From NCBI GenBank assembly GCA_028279685.1, contig JANQNG010000053.1, positions 12,347-76,346 on the forward strand: a stretch of 64,000 nt of DNA. The letters are read 5' to 3'. Below, one piece after another: positions 19,482-33,300 of this stretch. Each line of letters starts with the position of its first letter. The stretch's first letter is position 1. This DNA comes from Candidatus Nanoarchaeia archaeon. Lineage in GTDB: Archaea; Nanobdellota; Nanobdellia; Woesearchaeales; SKIA01. The notes below the pieces were generated by a model. It did no database searches. It was not told the origin of the DNA and saw nothing but the letters and a program-made list of their open reading frames with translations. A program made the translations under genes and the position numbers.

Positions 19482-20201
19482 TCAAACAAGATTGAAACGT
19501 TCGAGGTTGCCCTTATGCTCATACAATACTATTTGTTTTATTTCTACTGTCCTGGAAAGTTTATGGTTGATCAACCATAGATCCGATGGGATAATATTAA
19601 GCGATGCTATTTCTTCAGGTGAAAACCATTGTAGCTCTCCATGTTCTGATTTTTTGCATGTAATAGTATCAACCTGAACTTTTGTGAAAAAAAGCATAAA
19701 GCTATGTTTAATCATATTGTCTCCTTCTACATGTTCATGCATAACTGCATTAGTGGAGATAAATGATCCTTCTAACCCAGTTTTCTGCTTCACAAGCCTT
19801 AAGCTAGCTTCTTCAATATTTTCTTCAAGAAGAATCTTCCCTCCTATTAGAGACCAATATCCTTTGTAAGGTCTTTTGTTTCTTTTGATAAGAAGAATAT
19901 GATTACTGTTTGTTATAGCGACAAGTGCAACAGGAAGAGGACTCATTTCTGTACCTATAATATGGGGAAATACAGGAATACATCTTTCTGCATTCTTAGT
20001 GAGATAATAATAGAAACCTTTTTTCTCAAGTAATCCATCTTCTTGCATCTTCTCAATATGATAAGCAATCATATTTGACCTGATAGTATTATCTTTATTG
20101 AGTGCTTTCTCTATATCGCTGAATTTTAGCTTATTATTATTGAGAAATAGTTGGAATATCTCTTCCCTTTCCTTCTTAGCTAAACTACCATTATATTTCA
20201 T
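19482..20201 (-). CDS. winged-helix + degenerate NUDIX-fold protein
   Basis: wHTH (KFSDIEKALNKDNTIRSNMIAYHIEKMQEDGLLEKKG) then Nudix-like box GGKILLEENIEEASLRLVKQKTG lacking the REx2EE glutamates; ORF-track N-terminal extension to 20468 trimmed to Met at 20201. Confidence 0.55.
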   Translation of the reverse strand: MKYNGSLAKKEREEIFQLFLNNNKLKFSDIEKALNKDNTIRSNMIAYHIEKMQEDGLLEKKGFYYYLTKNAERCIPVFPHIIGTEMSPLPVALVAITNSNHILLIKRNKRPYKGYWSLIGGKILLEENIEEASLRLVKQKTGLEGSFISTNAVMHEHVEGDNMIKHSFMLFFTKVQVDTITCKKSEHGELQWFSPEEIASLNIIPSDLWLINHKLSRTVEIKQIVLYEHKGNLERFNLV

Positions 20202-20261
20202 GACTATTCCCCATCTAGTCGAAGAAATTCGAGGAATTATATAAAAATTATTGATTTCTTC

Positions 20262-20753
20262 ATGCAACTGGTGATATTCTTGGTTAATGAGAAAATAAGA
20301 GCGAAAGTTCATTATATAGCGGTTACGGGGATTGTAAGAAAAGGCAATAAATATCTGATCTGCAAGAGAAGCCCTAATGAGAAGGCGTTTCCAAATAAAT
20401 GGTGTGTGCCTGGTGGAAAGGTAGAAGTAAATGATTTCATCAACACCAATAAAGATACAAAAGATCATTGGTTTGATGTCTTTGAGAAAGTATTAGCAAA
20501 GGAAATTCTTGAGGAAACAAATTTGAAGATCAAGAATTTTGGTTATGTTTCTAATTTAGTATTCATCAGACCAAATGGATTTTCCACAGTCATTGTGAGC
20601 CTTCATGCAGATTATGCATCAGGAATAGTAACATTGGCCGAAGATGAGCTGATAGATTATGCGTGGGTCACTTTGGAAGAAGCCAAAGAATATGATCTCA
20701 TCGAGAATATCTGGGAACAGATAGCAATAGTTGATAAGAAGCTAAAGTCGTAG
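20262..20753 (+). CDS. NUDIX hydrolase
   Basis: Canonical Nudix box GGKVEVNDF...VLAKEILEETNL. Confidence 0.8.
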   Translation: MQLVIFLVNEKIRAKVHYIAVTGIVRKGNKYLICKRSPNEKAFPNKWCVPGGKVEVNDFINTNKDTKDHWFDVFEKVLAKEILEETNLKIKNFGYVSNLVFIRPNGFSTVIVSLHADYASGIVTLAEDELIDYAWVTLEEAKEYDLIENIWEQIAIVDKKLKS

Positions 20754-21149
20754 TTTTTTGTCGATATCTTTTGCTTTTCTTTTGATGAAATCAAACGCTT
20801 CATTCATTTCACCTTGGATCTGTTCTGTAAGCTTTTCAAGATTTTCAACTTTAAGGAAATACTTGTTTCTGGTTTCAGCTACAATGCCTGCTTCCATTAA
20901 TTTATTGAGATGGTGCACCACCGTTCCTCTGGAAAGACCTACTTCGAAAGCAAGTTCATCAGAACTCATCTGCCTATCTTGCTTCAATGCTCTAAGAAGT
21001 GCAATGAAGAGTCTAAAACAGCTCTGTTCTTTATCTCTTTTGTTGAATAAACCTAAAGTTTGACCAAACCATTGTAATTCTTCATTGATATTCTCTCTCT
21101 GAGGTATTTTACTCTTGATAATAGTTATCCTGCTGAAGCTAATTCCCAT
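20742..21149 (-). CDS. ArsR-family winged-helix transcriptional regulator
   Basis: LSRGTVVHHLNKLMEAGIV recognition helix; divergently oriented to the giant surface-protein gene. Confidence 0.65.
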   Translation of the reverse strand: MGISFSRITIIKSKIPQRENINEELQWFGQTLGLFNKRDKEQSCFRLFIALLRALKQDRQMSSDELAFEVGLSRGTVVHHLNKLMEAGIVAETRNKYFLKVENLEKLTEQIQGEMNEAFDFIKRKAKDIDKKLRL

Positions 21150-21238
21150 AAATTTGTAATAGTCTAGTGGTATATATAGTTATCCATTAATTTCTCCACG
21201 GGAAAACAATGCAGTTAACTTCAGAGTTAAGACAAATC

Positions 21239-21248
21239 TTTATATATA
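21239..21248 (+). promoter_or_regulatory. TATA-like box (TTTATATATA) upstream of giant gene
   Basis: About 60 nt upstream of TTG 21309; GGGGGG SD-like run 6 nt before start. Confidence 0.35.
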
Positions 21249-21308
21249 CTATTTAAGTAATAACACCAAACATAGGGGAACACAAAAGAAGTAATTGGGG
21301 GGTTAGTA

Positions 21309-24300
21309 TTGAACACTGAAATAAATAATAGACTATTCAGTCTCTATCTTGTGTTCTTACTGCTTTTTGCTCCCTCTATTCATGCTGCAACACTTTCTGG
21401 AACAATCTACTCCCCCACAGATGAGTTTGCTTCAGGATACAATATCTCGATAACCCAACAAAGCATTGTTCTTAACACCACTACAAATGGTTCAGGATAC
21501 TATAACTTTACTGGATTAAATGAAGGAGATGCTTATTATTTCAAGTTAGCAACAGGTTATTGGAATTATCCTTTCTTATCATTCTTCACTGATCTTTCTA
21601 GTGTAGAATTAATCAATGTCACGGGCAATACTACTATAGATCTTACTGCCTATAAAGCAACATTCGTATCAAGTCTTCCTGTTATTGCTTCTGATCATCA
21701 AAATGGTTCATTGATCAATGTCACGATAAATATTACTAATCTTGATACTATTGACGTCGAGAATTATAGTATAATTTTCGAGCTGCACAATGATAATGGT
21801 ACAGAGATGCTTACTGATTCGATACTGGAAGGTCTCACGTTACTTGCTAGTACGACACAAAATTATTCCATTGCACTTACGGTGCCAAACAATGCTACTG
21901 AGGGAGTTGCAGATCTTGTGCTACAAGTTGAGCAGATGCAAAACATTACTGATAATTGGGGTAATTATTCTCTTCTCCAAAGCAGAAATATTACTTCACG
22001 TTCTATAACGATTAACACAACAAGTCCTCCTGTGCCTGATATGCCTCCGAATATTTCGGTGTTGTTGGAGGAACCGTTGGATGGTTCGGTGTTGGTGAAT
22101 GATACGAATGTTTCTTTTATTTTCAATGTAACTTCTGATGAGGATAGTTCGTTTAATGTGAGTTGTGATTTCTGGACGAATGCAAGTGGTAGTTGGACGA
22201 ACAGTAGTGGCTTTATTGATATTACTAATCTTGCGGCTAATACGACAAACATATCGCAGTCATTTTGGAATGAGAGCTTAGGATTGGCTGGTTCTTACAC
22301 TTGGAATGTGCGTTGCTGGGATGAAAATAATCTGAGCAATTACGCATTTGCTGCGACAAACAGAACATACAATGTAACAGAACCAATTGCTGGTATTGCT
22401 AGTGAACTCTTCAATTACACTGTGCAAAAAACATTGATGTCTGGAGATCCTGCTACGGTTGGAGATATGAATATATCATTTCTGATTAATATCACTAACA
22501 TAGGAGGGACAAATCTTTCTACAATCTATGTGAATGATACTTTTGATGGTGCTGAAATAGCTTATAACTATTCATCGTTGACTTATACGACATTAGGTGT
22601 TGATTCAATAGTGTGGGACAACCTTACGAATATCTCAGGCATAGAAATGCTCGAACCAGATAACTCGATTCTCTTGACAGTGAATTTCTCTGCTATTGCT
22701 GCAACTGCGGACACCGTTAATATGGTATTTGTGAATGCCTCTGATGAAGTAGGTAATGAGAGTACAAGCATCCTGAATGCGACAGCGAATCTAGGCATTG
22801 TTGATCTTCCAGGAAATTTCACTCCTGCTGCAATCCTGATCAATCTGCTGCAGCCTATGAATCTTTTTGTTACTGATAATGCAACGAATATAACATTTGA
22901 GTTTAATGTAACATCGGCAAGAGAGAATGATTATCGTGTTGACTGTGGATTGTGGTGGAATGTTTCTGGAGTATGGAATCATTCCGGTCAGAGCAATATC
23001 ACGAATCTACTGGCAAACACAACGAATCTTTCAGAAGATTCATGGAATCTTACGGTTTCAGTGCCTGGTGATTATGAATGGAATGTCTATTGTTTCAATG
23101 CCACAAACTCAAGTGAATTTGCGTTTGCTGCGCAGAACAACACTTTTAATGTGAGTGATGCTGGTGCTCCAGAGATGCCTGTGATGATCAACATCACACT
23201 AACGCAACCATTGGATAATGCAGTCAGCGACAACGAGACAAATATCTCGTTTATGTTTGATGTGACCTCTGATGCTATGTCCGCGTTCAATGTGAACTGC
23301 AGTTTCTGGTGGAATGTTTCTGGCGTATGGGCTGATAGTGGATTTGAGAATAAGACAGGGCTTGATGCGAACATGACGATGATGACTACTGAGTTCTGGA
23401 ATGTTACTGTTCCTGCAGTTGAAAGTTATGAATGGAATGTGTTGTGTTGGGATGATGCAAATGCAAGTGAATTTGCATGGGCTCAACAGAACAGGACATT
23501 CAACATCACAGCAGCAGCCATCGCACAAACTGAAGGAACGAATATCACTGTAGATAAATCATGTAATGCAACGGTGAATGTATCTGATACGATTGAATGC
23601 CTTGTGAATATCACAAGCTCAGATATCAACAACATGACTGAGGTATGGTTATATGATGATCATGACTTTGCGTTCCTTAACTTTACTAATCAGTCAACCT
23701 GTCCTGTTCACAACTATAGCAACAGTCCTGGTGTGGACGGCAGTTATGTAAATGTCAATCTCACCTCCTGCTATGGTGGCTTTAATCTGACATTGGGCAA
23801 TTCGTTCCTTGTCTATCTGAACTTCACTGCATTGAGCGGTCTTGGCAATGAGACGATGAATATGGTAAATGTCACCTTCCAGTCAACGAACGGTTCTACA
23901 TTCTATCTCAATGCAAGCACGCTCATTATGGTGATGAATGATAGCGGCGGAATGCCTCCCTCAGAAAGCAGTGCTCTTATCGTCAATAAGTCAATTCTCA
24001 ATTCAGGAAATTTCACAGAAGGAGATAATATCACGTATCATATCAATGTCACTAACAATCATAGCATGTTGAACATGACTTCTATTTTCGTAAACGATAC
24101 CTTCCAAGTAAGTCAGCTAGAGTATCTTGATGCAAATGTCACTAATACATCTGGCGCATCAAACTTTGCATCCTGGAATGACATTATTAACCTTGCAGGA
24201 ATAGGAAGTCTTGAAGCAGGACAGTCATTGTCGATGTATGTCAATTTCACTATTGTGATCAACACTGGAGAGTTTACCAACACAGTAACGGTGAATGGCA

Positions 24301-27300
24301 CGCTTGAAAGTGGATTCTCTGAAGAGAATTCTTCTACAGTTACTGCTTCAGCTGGAGATGCAGGAGGAGAGTCTCCAACCATGGGTAATTATACACCTAT
24401 GTGGAATGAGGCAAAGTATGCGCAAAACGTCACGATTGATGACTTTGATTTCTTTGGAGCGCCGTACGTGGCAAGGGACAAAGGATGCGGCGGTCAGATG
24501 CAGGAAGAGAACACCAGTGCCGTAGCTGGGCAGAACTGCCACAATGATGGCATGATGAATCCTTCTGCTGATGGAAGTATTGCATTAGATCTTGGTGCTG
24601 TCTGGGTCGATGAGACATACGACTTCATGGCATGGAAACTTAAAGGACCATTCTCAGATCCTAATTATCATAACCTTAGTGTCTGTGGTGGAAATACAAG
24701 CTATGCTGCGTATGTTGTTGAGTTTGATGTTGATGACAACATATCAACAGGCTGCAGTACATCAAATATGTCTGAAGGATGTTATCCTGGTAGCGATTTC
24801 CAGATTTGGTATTTCCCTGATGACCATAACTCCTTATTTGCCTATTATAATGGCAGCGAACCTAGTGCATGGGGTCCGAATGATGGTGGGGCTTGTGTCG
24901 ATGGCATCTGCTTTGTAGCTAACACTTCAGTAAATGTCTCGATGAATGTCTCCTGTACAGGAGAAGGTATTACTATTGTGGTTAACAAGACAGATCTTCT
25001 CATAGCAAATCCTGCGTTGAACTTTGAGACGAACTCATTCAATGTAACACAAGCAACAACAAATCCTATTGATATGCTTACGAATTGGGGAGGAAGTGGA
25101 TTCATTGAAGCATTCTTTTTTACAGGTCCACAAGAAGATGTGGGAAGTTGCTTCCAATTTGATAACAATGAACAAGGATGTATTAATGCGTCTGATAATT
25201 TTTACTGTGTGTGGCAGGACTTTGGCGGAGGTAATGGTCTTTGTGATCCTGACTTCAATAACTTCCAAGAAGGTCAAGCTTGTTTTACTTATGATAACCA
25301 GACTGCATGTGAAAACAGCGATATTGGATATTGTGAATGGTTGACAAATGTTCCTGATCCAGACAATCCAGGACAAACACAAAATATTTGTGTTGAACAG
25401 TTTAATCCATTCTTGATTAGTGGTGGTGGAGATTGTGATACAAAATGTTTCGACTGCTTCAGCCAGACACAATGTGAAAACAGCAATGCTAATGGCGGAA
25501 GTGAATATGGTGGTTGTGAATGGTATATTGATCCGTTCAATCAAGTGGGATTCTGTGAAGCAAAAGGTATGAAGTTTGGTTGTGCAGAGAATCCAAGAGA
25601 TTGCTTTAATCAGACAGGTTGTACAGATGCAAATTGGCATTGGAATAATACATGGATGCTTTGCGCAGAAGATAGTTTAACGGAGATTTGTTTTAATGGA
25701 GTTGATGATAATGGTGATGGACAAATTGATTGTTCAGATAATGACTGTTTTGAAGAAAAAGAATGCGGTGGTCAACTCAATACATTAACAGGAGATTATC
25801 AAGGTATGAGTGCAGAAGAAGCAATCATGTCTTACTTCTTTGGAACAGGAGATCCAAACATTATACATTTGAAAGATGATAATGCTTCTGAAAATATAGG
25901 TGACTTATTCAATTTGACAAGTTTCAAAGTAGTTGTGGGGCCAAGAGGGATTGGTATGGGTATTGGACTTCAGAATATGTCAACGCTTAGCGCTTGTGGA
26001 GGAAGCATTGATGATCATAAATACATTTATGCATTAGATACTGATGCTAATAGTTCTTCAGGTTGTAATCTAACTATTGATGGTACACAGAAAGAGGGCT
26101 ATGAATATATAGTCAAATATGGGAATTTCTCAGTTGCTAATGAATCTGGGCAAGAAATGTATCTCTATCATTGCCTGCTTGATCAATGGCTGCTCAAGCC
26201 AGGATTAGTTGTGACGCCTCCTGCAGGAGAAGATCTTGATCCTGGAGAACCTGCCATAATGGAATGTCAGACATTAGCAACTACTCCTGATGAGGGTGCA
26301 GTTGCTGCGGTTATTATTGACAAGGCAGATATTGGTAATCCAAAAGAAGATATGAGATTTTTTGTAATGGTTGCTAATGTAAGTTATAACGGAGGTTGGA
26401 ATAATCTGTCGAATCTTAGTGCTGTTGATCTCATTGAGAATATCTATTATACTCCTGGCACTATTGGTGCTGAACCTATCGATTGTTTCCAAGAACCAAC
26501 AAAATGTGGTGCTGGCTTTATGCAGATTGGTGGCGGAGAGTTTATGCCATTTGAAGATTGTTTAGGTTCTGGAGATGAAGATATTGATGATCTTGTTAAC
26601 TGTGCTGATCCTGATTGTTTCTTTGCACCTCATTGTCAAGGCAGTCAAGACTTATTCGATGTGAGCAGTGATGTGACTGCACCAACTATTACGCTTGCAA
26701 AAGCAGATACTTTCGACGATGCTGCATTTATCTCCTGGACGAACAACGAGCCAACAAATGGAAGTCTAAGATTTTATCATAATGATAGCGCATGTTCTAC
26801 ACTTAATATAACCATTATTGATGAGGGATTGCCAGGATCTTTTGATGATTTCAAACCTTGGCATGGAGTGCCATTAGATCCAATGTCATTAAGTTATTCG
26901 CTCAGCGCAAGCACAACATATTATTATAAGATCTATTCAACTGATCGCGCAGATAATATAGGCGTTTCAGCTTGTTTGAACTTTACGACACTAGGATCTC
27001 CTCAGAATCTTTCCATGGTGATTAATTTCACACCACCCGTTAATGATACAGGTGATTTCTTAGGTAATCTCAGTATGGATCTCAATGGAGAACCATTCCA
27101 AATAGACAATACTAATTCAAAAGAATCATTGTTTGATGCAAACATTACTTTGTATAATCCGAGTGCAAATGCATCAAAGAACTGGAGTATTGAGCTTATA
27201 GAAGCAGATATCTTTCAAGATATGGTGTTTGACTTTAGTAGTGCATTACTGGCTAATGATTCTGGCGATCATGATGAAAATATTGGTATGGATGGCTATA

Positions 27301-30300
27301 GTTGGATGAACATAGCGCAGAAATTTGGCGTCGAGTATATTATTATTAAAATTCCAAATAATGGTGAAACACTCTATCATTGTCAGGATAATGGTACTAA
27401 TTGTACTGATGTGACGAGCACAAATGGTGTAGAACTTCTTGAAACAACTGCAGATTATACGAAATGGAAGATTCCTACTACACTAGGATTCTCAACGTAT
27501 TCAGCAGGAGGATCGACAAATGAGACATTCAATCTTACTTATGCGAATCTCACAACAACAACGCAAACAATCAACACATCGCAAAACACATTTTATCTTG
27601 TCAATGTTACTAATAATGACAATGTCACAAGAGGATATAATTTTAGTCTTGAGATAAGCGGTTCAGTAGATTGGGCAATCAACAACTCAGCAGGTCTTAA
27701 TAATATAGTATTTGCTGTCAATGAAAGTCAAGTATTGAATGTATCAATGAATTCAACCACAGAAGGAACGTATGCTTTCAATATTATTGGCATTAATGCT
27801 ACTAATGCGAGCATTGTACTCAATTCAAGCGAAGATTTGACATTGACACTTGTTGTAACGAATTGTTTCAGGCCATCAAATAGTACCACTGTTGTACTTA
27901 ATGAATCAACAACACTTTGTGCAGGAACGTATAATAAAACCAGATTCCAGTTCAATGCTGATAATATTACACTAGACTGTAATGGTGCTATCCTCGATGG
28001 TCAAAATACAACTTCATATGCAGTACAGGTACCAAATGGTATTGATGGTACAACATTAAAAAATTGTAATATCACAAGATATGATAATGCCTATGAAACA
28101 CAATTTATTGGTGACCCTGCAGCATATGACTATGTCATTAACAATACCTTCGAAGAAAATGAGTATGGGGTGTATCACGTTAATAATTATCTTGTGATGA
28201 TTATCAATAACACATTCTATGATAATGAATGGGGTATCCATTGGGGTAATAACGATTTCGGACTTATTCAGAACAATAACTTCACAAGACATAACTATTC
28301 TGCTATTGAGTTTGACAGTAGCTCAGTTATCAGGCATGCTGCTATTGTCGATAACTATTTCGAGGAAAATGCACTTAAGGGATGGCAAAACGCAATAGAG
28401 ATTGATGGCCAACCAGAGGATATTCTAATCCATAATAACACATTCATCAATAACAATAATTCGAACATACAAGCCTCATCAAGCTTTGCTATGGTAAGAT
28501 TCAACATCACGAACAATTACATTAGCAATGTTAAGAACGGAACAACAAGAAATGCTATTACACTCTATGATGTCCAGAATTTCTATATAGCGCACAATAC
28601 ACTCCTTAATGTCAATGGTTCAGGTATTTATGCAAGCTCAGGAACTAATGCTAACATCACTATCTACAATAATACTATTAAACATGGAGGTCTTACGAGT
28701 ACTAGTGCAGGAATATCCTTTGTTATAGGTGTCTACAATAGTACTATCACTGATAATTTTGTGGAAAACTTCTCTTATCCGATTTATCTATATGGCTACT
28801 CAGGAGATAATGTTGTCTATAACAACATCTTCAATCTTAGCGTCAATCCTGCCTACAATGGCAATAGCACAAATCAATTCAACACAACACTCAATTGTTC
28901 ATCAACAAACATCATAGGTGGGTCTTGTTACGGAGGTAACTATTGGGCGAATGCTACTTCAGGACAAGGATTCTCGCAGAGCTGTACTGATGCTGATAGG
29001 GATGGTATCTGTGATTCTACATACAACATTTCTGGAGTTGTAGATTATCACCCATTGACCAATGTAGGTAATGATACCTATTCAGATCCATACGAATATG
29101 ATGATGTATACACCAGTGCTAAAGGAGTCTTCACTGATGGTACTTGGCAATTCCACAATCTCAGCAATGCATCTGATATTGACTGGGTCAACTTCTCAGC
29201 CTCGGATGAAGAAGCTTATCTTATTGATACTACTAATTTCAGTGTGACAGGAACAGGAGCAGGACAATTAGATCTCTATATGACAATCTATAATGCTTCT
29301 ATGACTGCTCTTGAGACAAATGATGATGCGAATAGTGGAACCAGCAACGCAAGAATTAAATTCATTGCGCCATACGACGGTATATTCTATGTCAAAGTGC
29401 AGGACTATGACAGCACTAAGACATACGGAAATCTTAGTTATGCCATACAGGTTGAAAAACAAGGAAGACTTGTTGTTGTTCCTGTTAGTCATGCTGCTCA
29501 GAGTTCTTCTAACTACACATTACATACTACATTTAACGTGACTACTGCAGTGACTTGTCAAGGAGGTCCATGCCGTGAAGTGGTTGCTATTCTTGATCCG
29601 GAGCCGAAAATTAACAAAAAGATTCTCGATGACATTGAAAAGAAAGGAAAAGCAAATGTCATCATTAAACTAAAAGAGAAAGAAGAGAAAAAAGAACCAT
29701 TCTTTGGTATTTTTGCTTCTGATAAAGATGTGAAAGAAGAATTCCTTGATTCTATCAACACGAGAAAACTAGGTGAAGAAGAACCGCAAGGATTCTTTGC
29801 TGGAGTTGCAAGAGCATTAGGTATAGAACAAGAACCTGATCTTATTGTGCAACACACTTATGATGTGGTTGACGCAGTTAGCGGCGAGATTACGTCAGAG
29901 TCAATAGAAGCATTGCTAGAAAATGATCTTATTGAATCAATTGAATATAGTGTGCCTGTGTTTGCATCATTGTTTGATACCGTCGATCTGATCAATGCTT
30001 CGACAATGCAAAACTACGCAATCAACAGCACATACATGAATGGCACTGGTGTAACCGTATGCGTAATTGATTCTGGTATTAATTACACGCATCCTGATTT
30101 CGGTTCTTGTAGTCTAACTAGTGACATTAATGATGGTAGCTGTCCAACGGTTATTGGAGGTATTAATTATTGTGTTGATGAGGCGTGCACATCTACTGAC
30201 ATGAATCCAATTGACACGTATGGACATGGATCGCATGTTGCTGGTATTATAGCTTCAAGAGATGCGACGTATACAGGAGTTGCTCCAGGAGCAAAAATTG

Positions 30301-33300
30301 TTGCAGTAAAAGCATTGAACTCTTCAGGACAGGCAAGTGATTTCAGCAATATTTTAGCAGGTATCAATTACTGTGTAGCTAATGCCACGACTTATAACAT
30401 CTCAGTTATCACCATGAGTTTAGGCTCAACAGTCTACACACAACATTTCTGTGATGAAGATTACAGCTCAACAAGAGATGCGATCCAATCAGCCATTGAC
30501 GCAGGTATTATGGTTGTTATTGCTTCAGGTAATGAAAACAAAGGATATGACGATCCGCTCGGTATATCCTATCCTGCCTGTATCCGTAATGCGACAAGTG
30601 TTGGTTCGACAACAAAAGCCGATGCTGTTTCTACATTTACTAATAGAGCATATACGCTTGATTTGATGGCTCCTGGAGGAAGCATTGGAGCAACGGATTA
30701 TGATGGAACGCATGTTTCAATGAGTGGTACCTCTATGGCGACACCACATGTTTCCGGTGCAGCAGCCATTATGCAACAATATGCAAGAGAACTCTATGAT
30801 AGAAATATTACTGCACTCGATATTGAGACTCGATTACGGATGTTTGGTGTTAATATAGCCGATTCAAATTCAGGTCTTACCTATGCAAGAATAGATGTTG
30901 ATAACGCTACATTAGGAAAAGGTATTATTCCAAATACAACAGGAGCAGTGCCATTCTATATTGTTGCAGACGCTGGTCATGCAATGCAAAATCCATTTTG
31001 GATTGGCACTATGTCCGATGGAGAGACAATCAATACGTCCTGGATGGTTAACGCTACAGGAAACTTTACAGCGTATGAGTTCTTTTCTATCTATCAGAGT
31101 GACTTCTATGAATCTAACACATCACACTGGGAAATAAACATCACCGATATGCCAAATACACCTCCATACAGAAATATAAGTCCTGTTACTTCAGCAAATG
31201 AGGACACACTTTATTATAATGATGTGCAGGGTTTAGATAATGAATCACATAGTATATCGTATTCATTGAATTTGATTCCAACAGATTCAAATGCATCAAT
31301 TGATACCAATGGCTCAATTACTTGGACTCCTGATAATGACGATGCGGCAATTCAGAACTACACATTTAATTTAACATTGACAGATCAATTAGGTGATTCG
31401 AGCAATTATCAATATAATGTTACGGTAAGTAATGTGAATGATGCTCCAACTATCACTTCATCTCCAACATCGACAGCTACAGAGAACACATTATACACCT
31501 ATAATGCAACAGCAACAGATATTGATCCAACGAATGATACTATGACTTATGCTCTCCAGATCAACGATACCAATGCATCGATGAACTCTAGTGGACACTT
31601 TGAACTCTATGTTAATTCCACAGAGGTTGGTATTACATATAACTTTACAATTAATGTAACAGATGGTAATGGTGGATGGGATAACCAGACATGGAATGTA
31701 ACCGTCGAAGACGTCAACGATGCTATTACTATTTCCACAACACCTAACTATAATGCTACAGAAGATGCATTATATCATTATGACGTGAATTATACAGATC
31801 CTGATACTCCTGATGATGATGTGAGCTTCTATCTCACAACGTATCCAACAGGTATGATTATCAATATTAGTGATGGTAATATTACCTGGACGCCTGATAA
31901 TGATGATATTGGCAACAATACTGTTGTGGTTTTTGCTGTAGAGAATAGCACAAGTGAACATTACAATGATACACACACCTTTGGTGTCTGGGTAGCTAAT
32001 ACCAATGATGCACCATCAATAAATGTAACACCAAACGCATCAGCAACAGAGGATTCATTATATACTTCAACGTTTACAGCGAGTGATGTCGATCCAACGA
32101 ATGATACCATGAGTTATTATCTGCAGAGCAACACAACAAATGCAACTATCAACAGCAGCTCAGGTATTTTTTACTTCTTCCCTCTACAGGCAGATGTTAA
32201 TATTATGCATAACTTTACGGTGAATGTTACTGATGGCAATGCAGGATGGGATAGTCTTGATTTCAATATTACAACAAGCAATGTGAATGATGCGCCTGTC
32301 ATTTCAACTGCAGCAACGACGCGTTCAGCGGAGGAAGAGACTGAGTTCTGGCTTGATGTTGATGCTACTGATGAAGATAGTGATACATTAACCTATTCGA
32401 TAAGCACTTATCCTACAAGTATGGTGATCAACAGTTCTACTGGTAATATTACTTGGACGCCAACAAATACACAAGCTATTGCTTACACACATGCGGTTGT
32501 GGTTAACGTCAGTGATGGTAATGGGGGAGAGGATACTTTATCATTCAATGTAACAGTGAATAATACCAATGATATACCTGTACTCAACAGCACACATAAC
32601 ACTACAGCAATTGAAGACCTTGAATACACATATCTCTTTAGTATGAATGATTCTGATAACAAAAGTGATTCGTGGAATTATACGCTCATTAGCGGACCTG
32701 GTAATATGACTATAGGGTTAGATTCAGGATTGATCCAGTTCTCACCAAACAACTATGATGCAATCAATGGCTCCTACATTATCAATATCAATGTTACAGA
32801 GTACAATAGTAGTGGAGCAAATATGAGTTATCAAAATATCTCATTCAATCTAACAATTACAAATGTGAATGATGCTCCATCATTCACGAATGAACCTTCT
32901 GGTCAGCAATCAGTGCTTGAGGATAGTGCGTATAACTATGATTTTGATGCGACTGATCTTGATCCAACAAGCGATACATTGACTTATAGTTTGAATATCT
33001 CAGTATCAACTAATATTTCAGCAGTAACGGTAGGATCGAGTAATGGTAATCTAACGTGGACACCAACAAATGACGAGGTTGGAACTATAACATTACAAGT
33101 CGATGTTAGTGATGGTAATGGTGGATCTGATAATGTTACCTTCACTGTTCTAGTCAATAACACCAATGATGCTCCTGTTATATCAACGACATCACCGACT
33201 TCTGTAGCTACACAAGGATCAGAATATACCCAACAGATTAATGCATCAGATGCAGATTCAGGAGATAGCATCATGTATCAACTCAATGTTTCTCCATCAG

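Noticed and set aside
20202-20468. N-terminal 89 aa of the minus-strand wHTH-Nudix ORF
   Set aside because: Overlaps the plus-strand NUDIX gene start and has no domain content. Internal Met (MKYNGS) at 20201 is the more plausible start.
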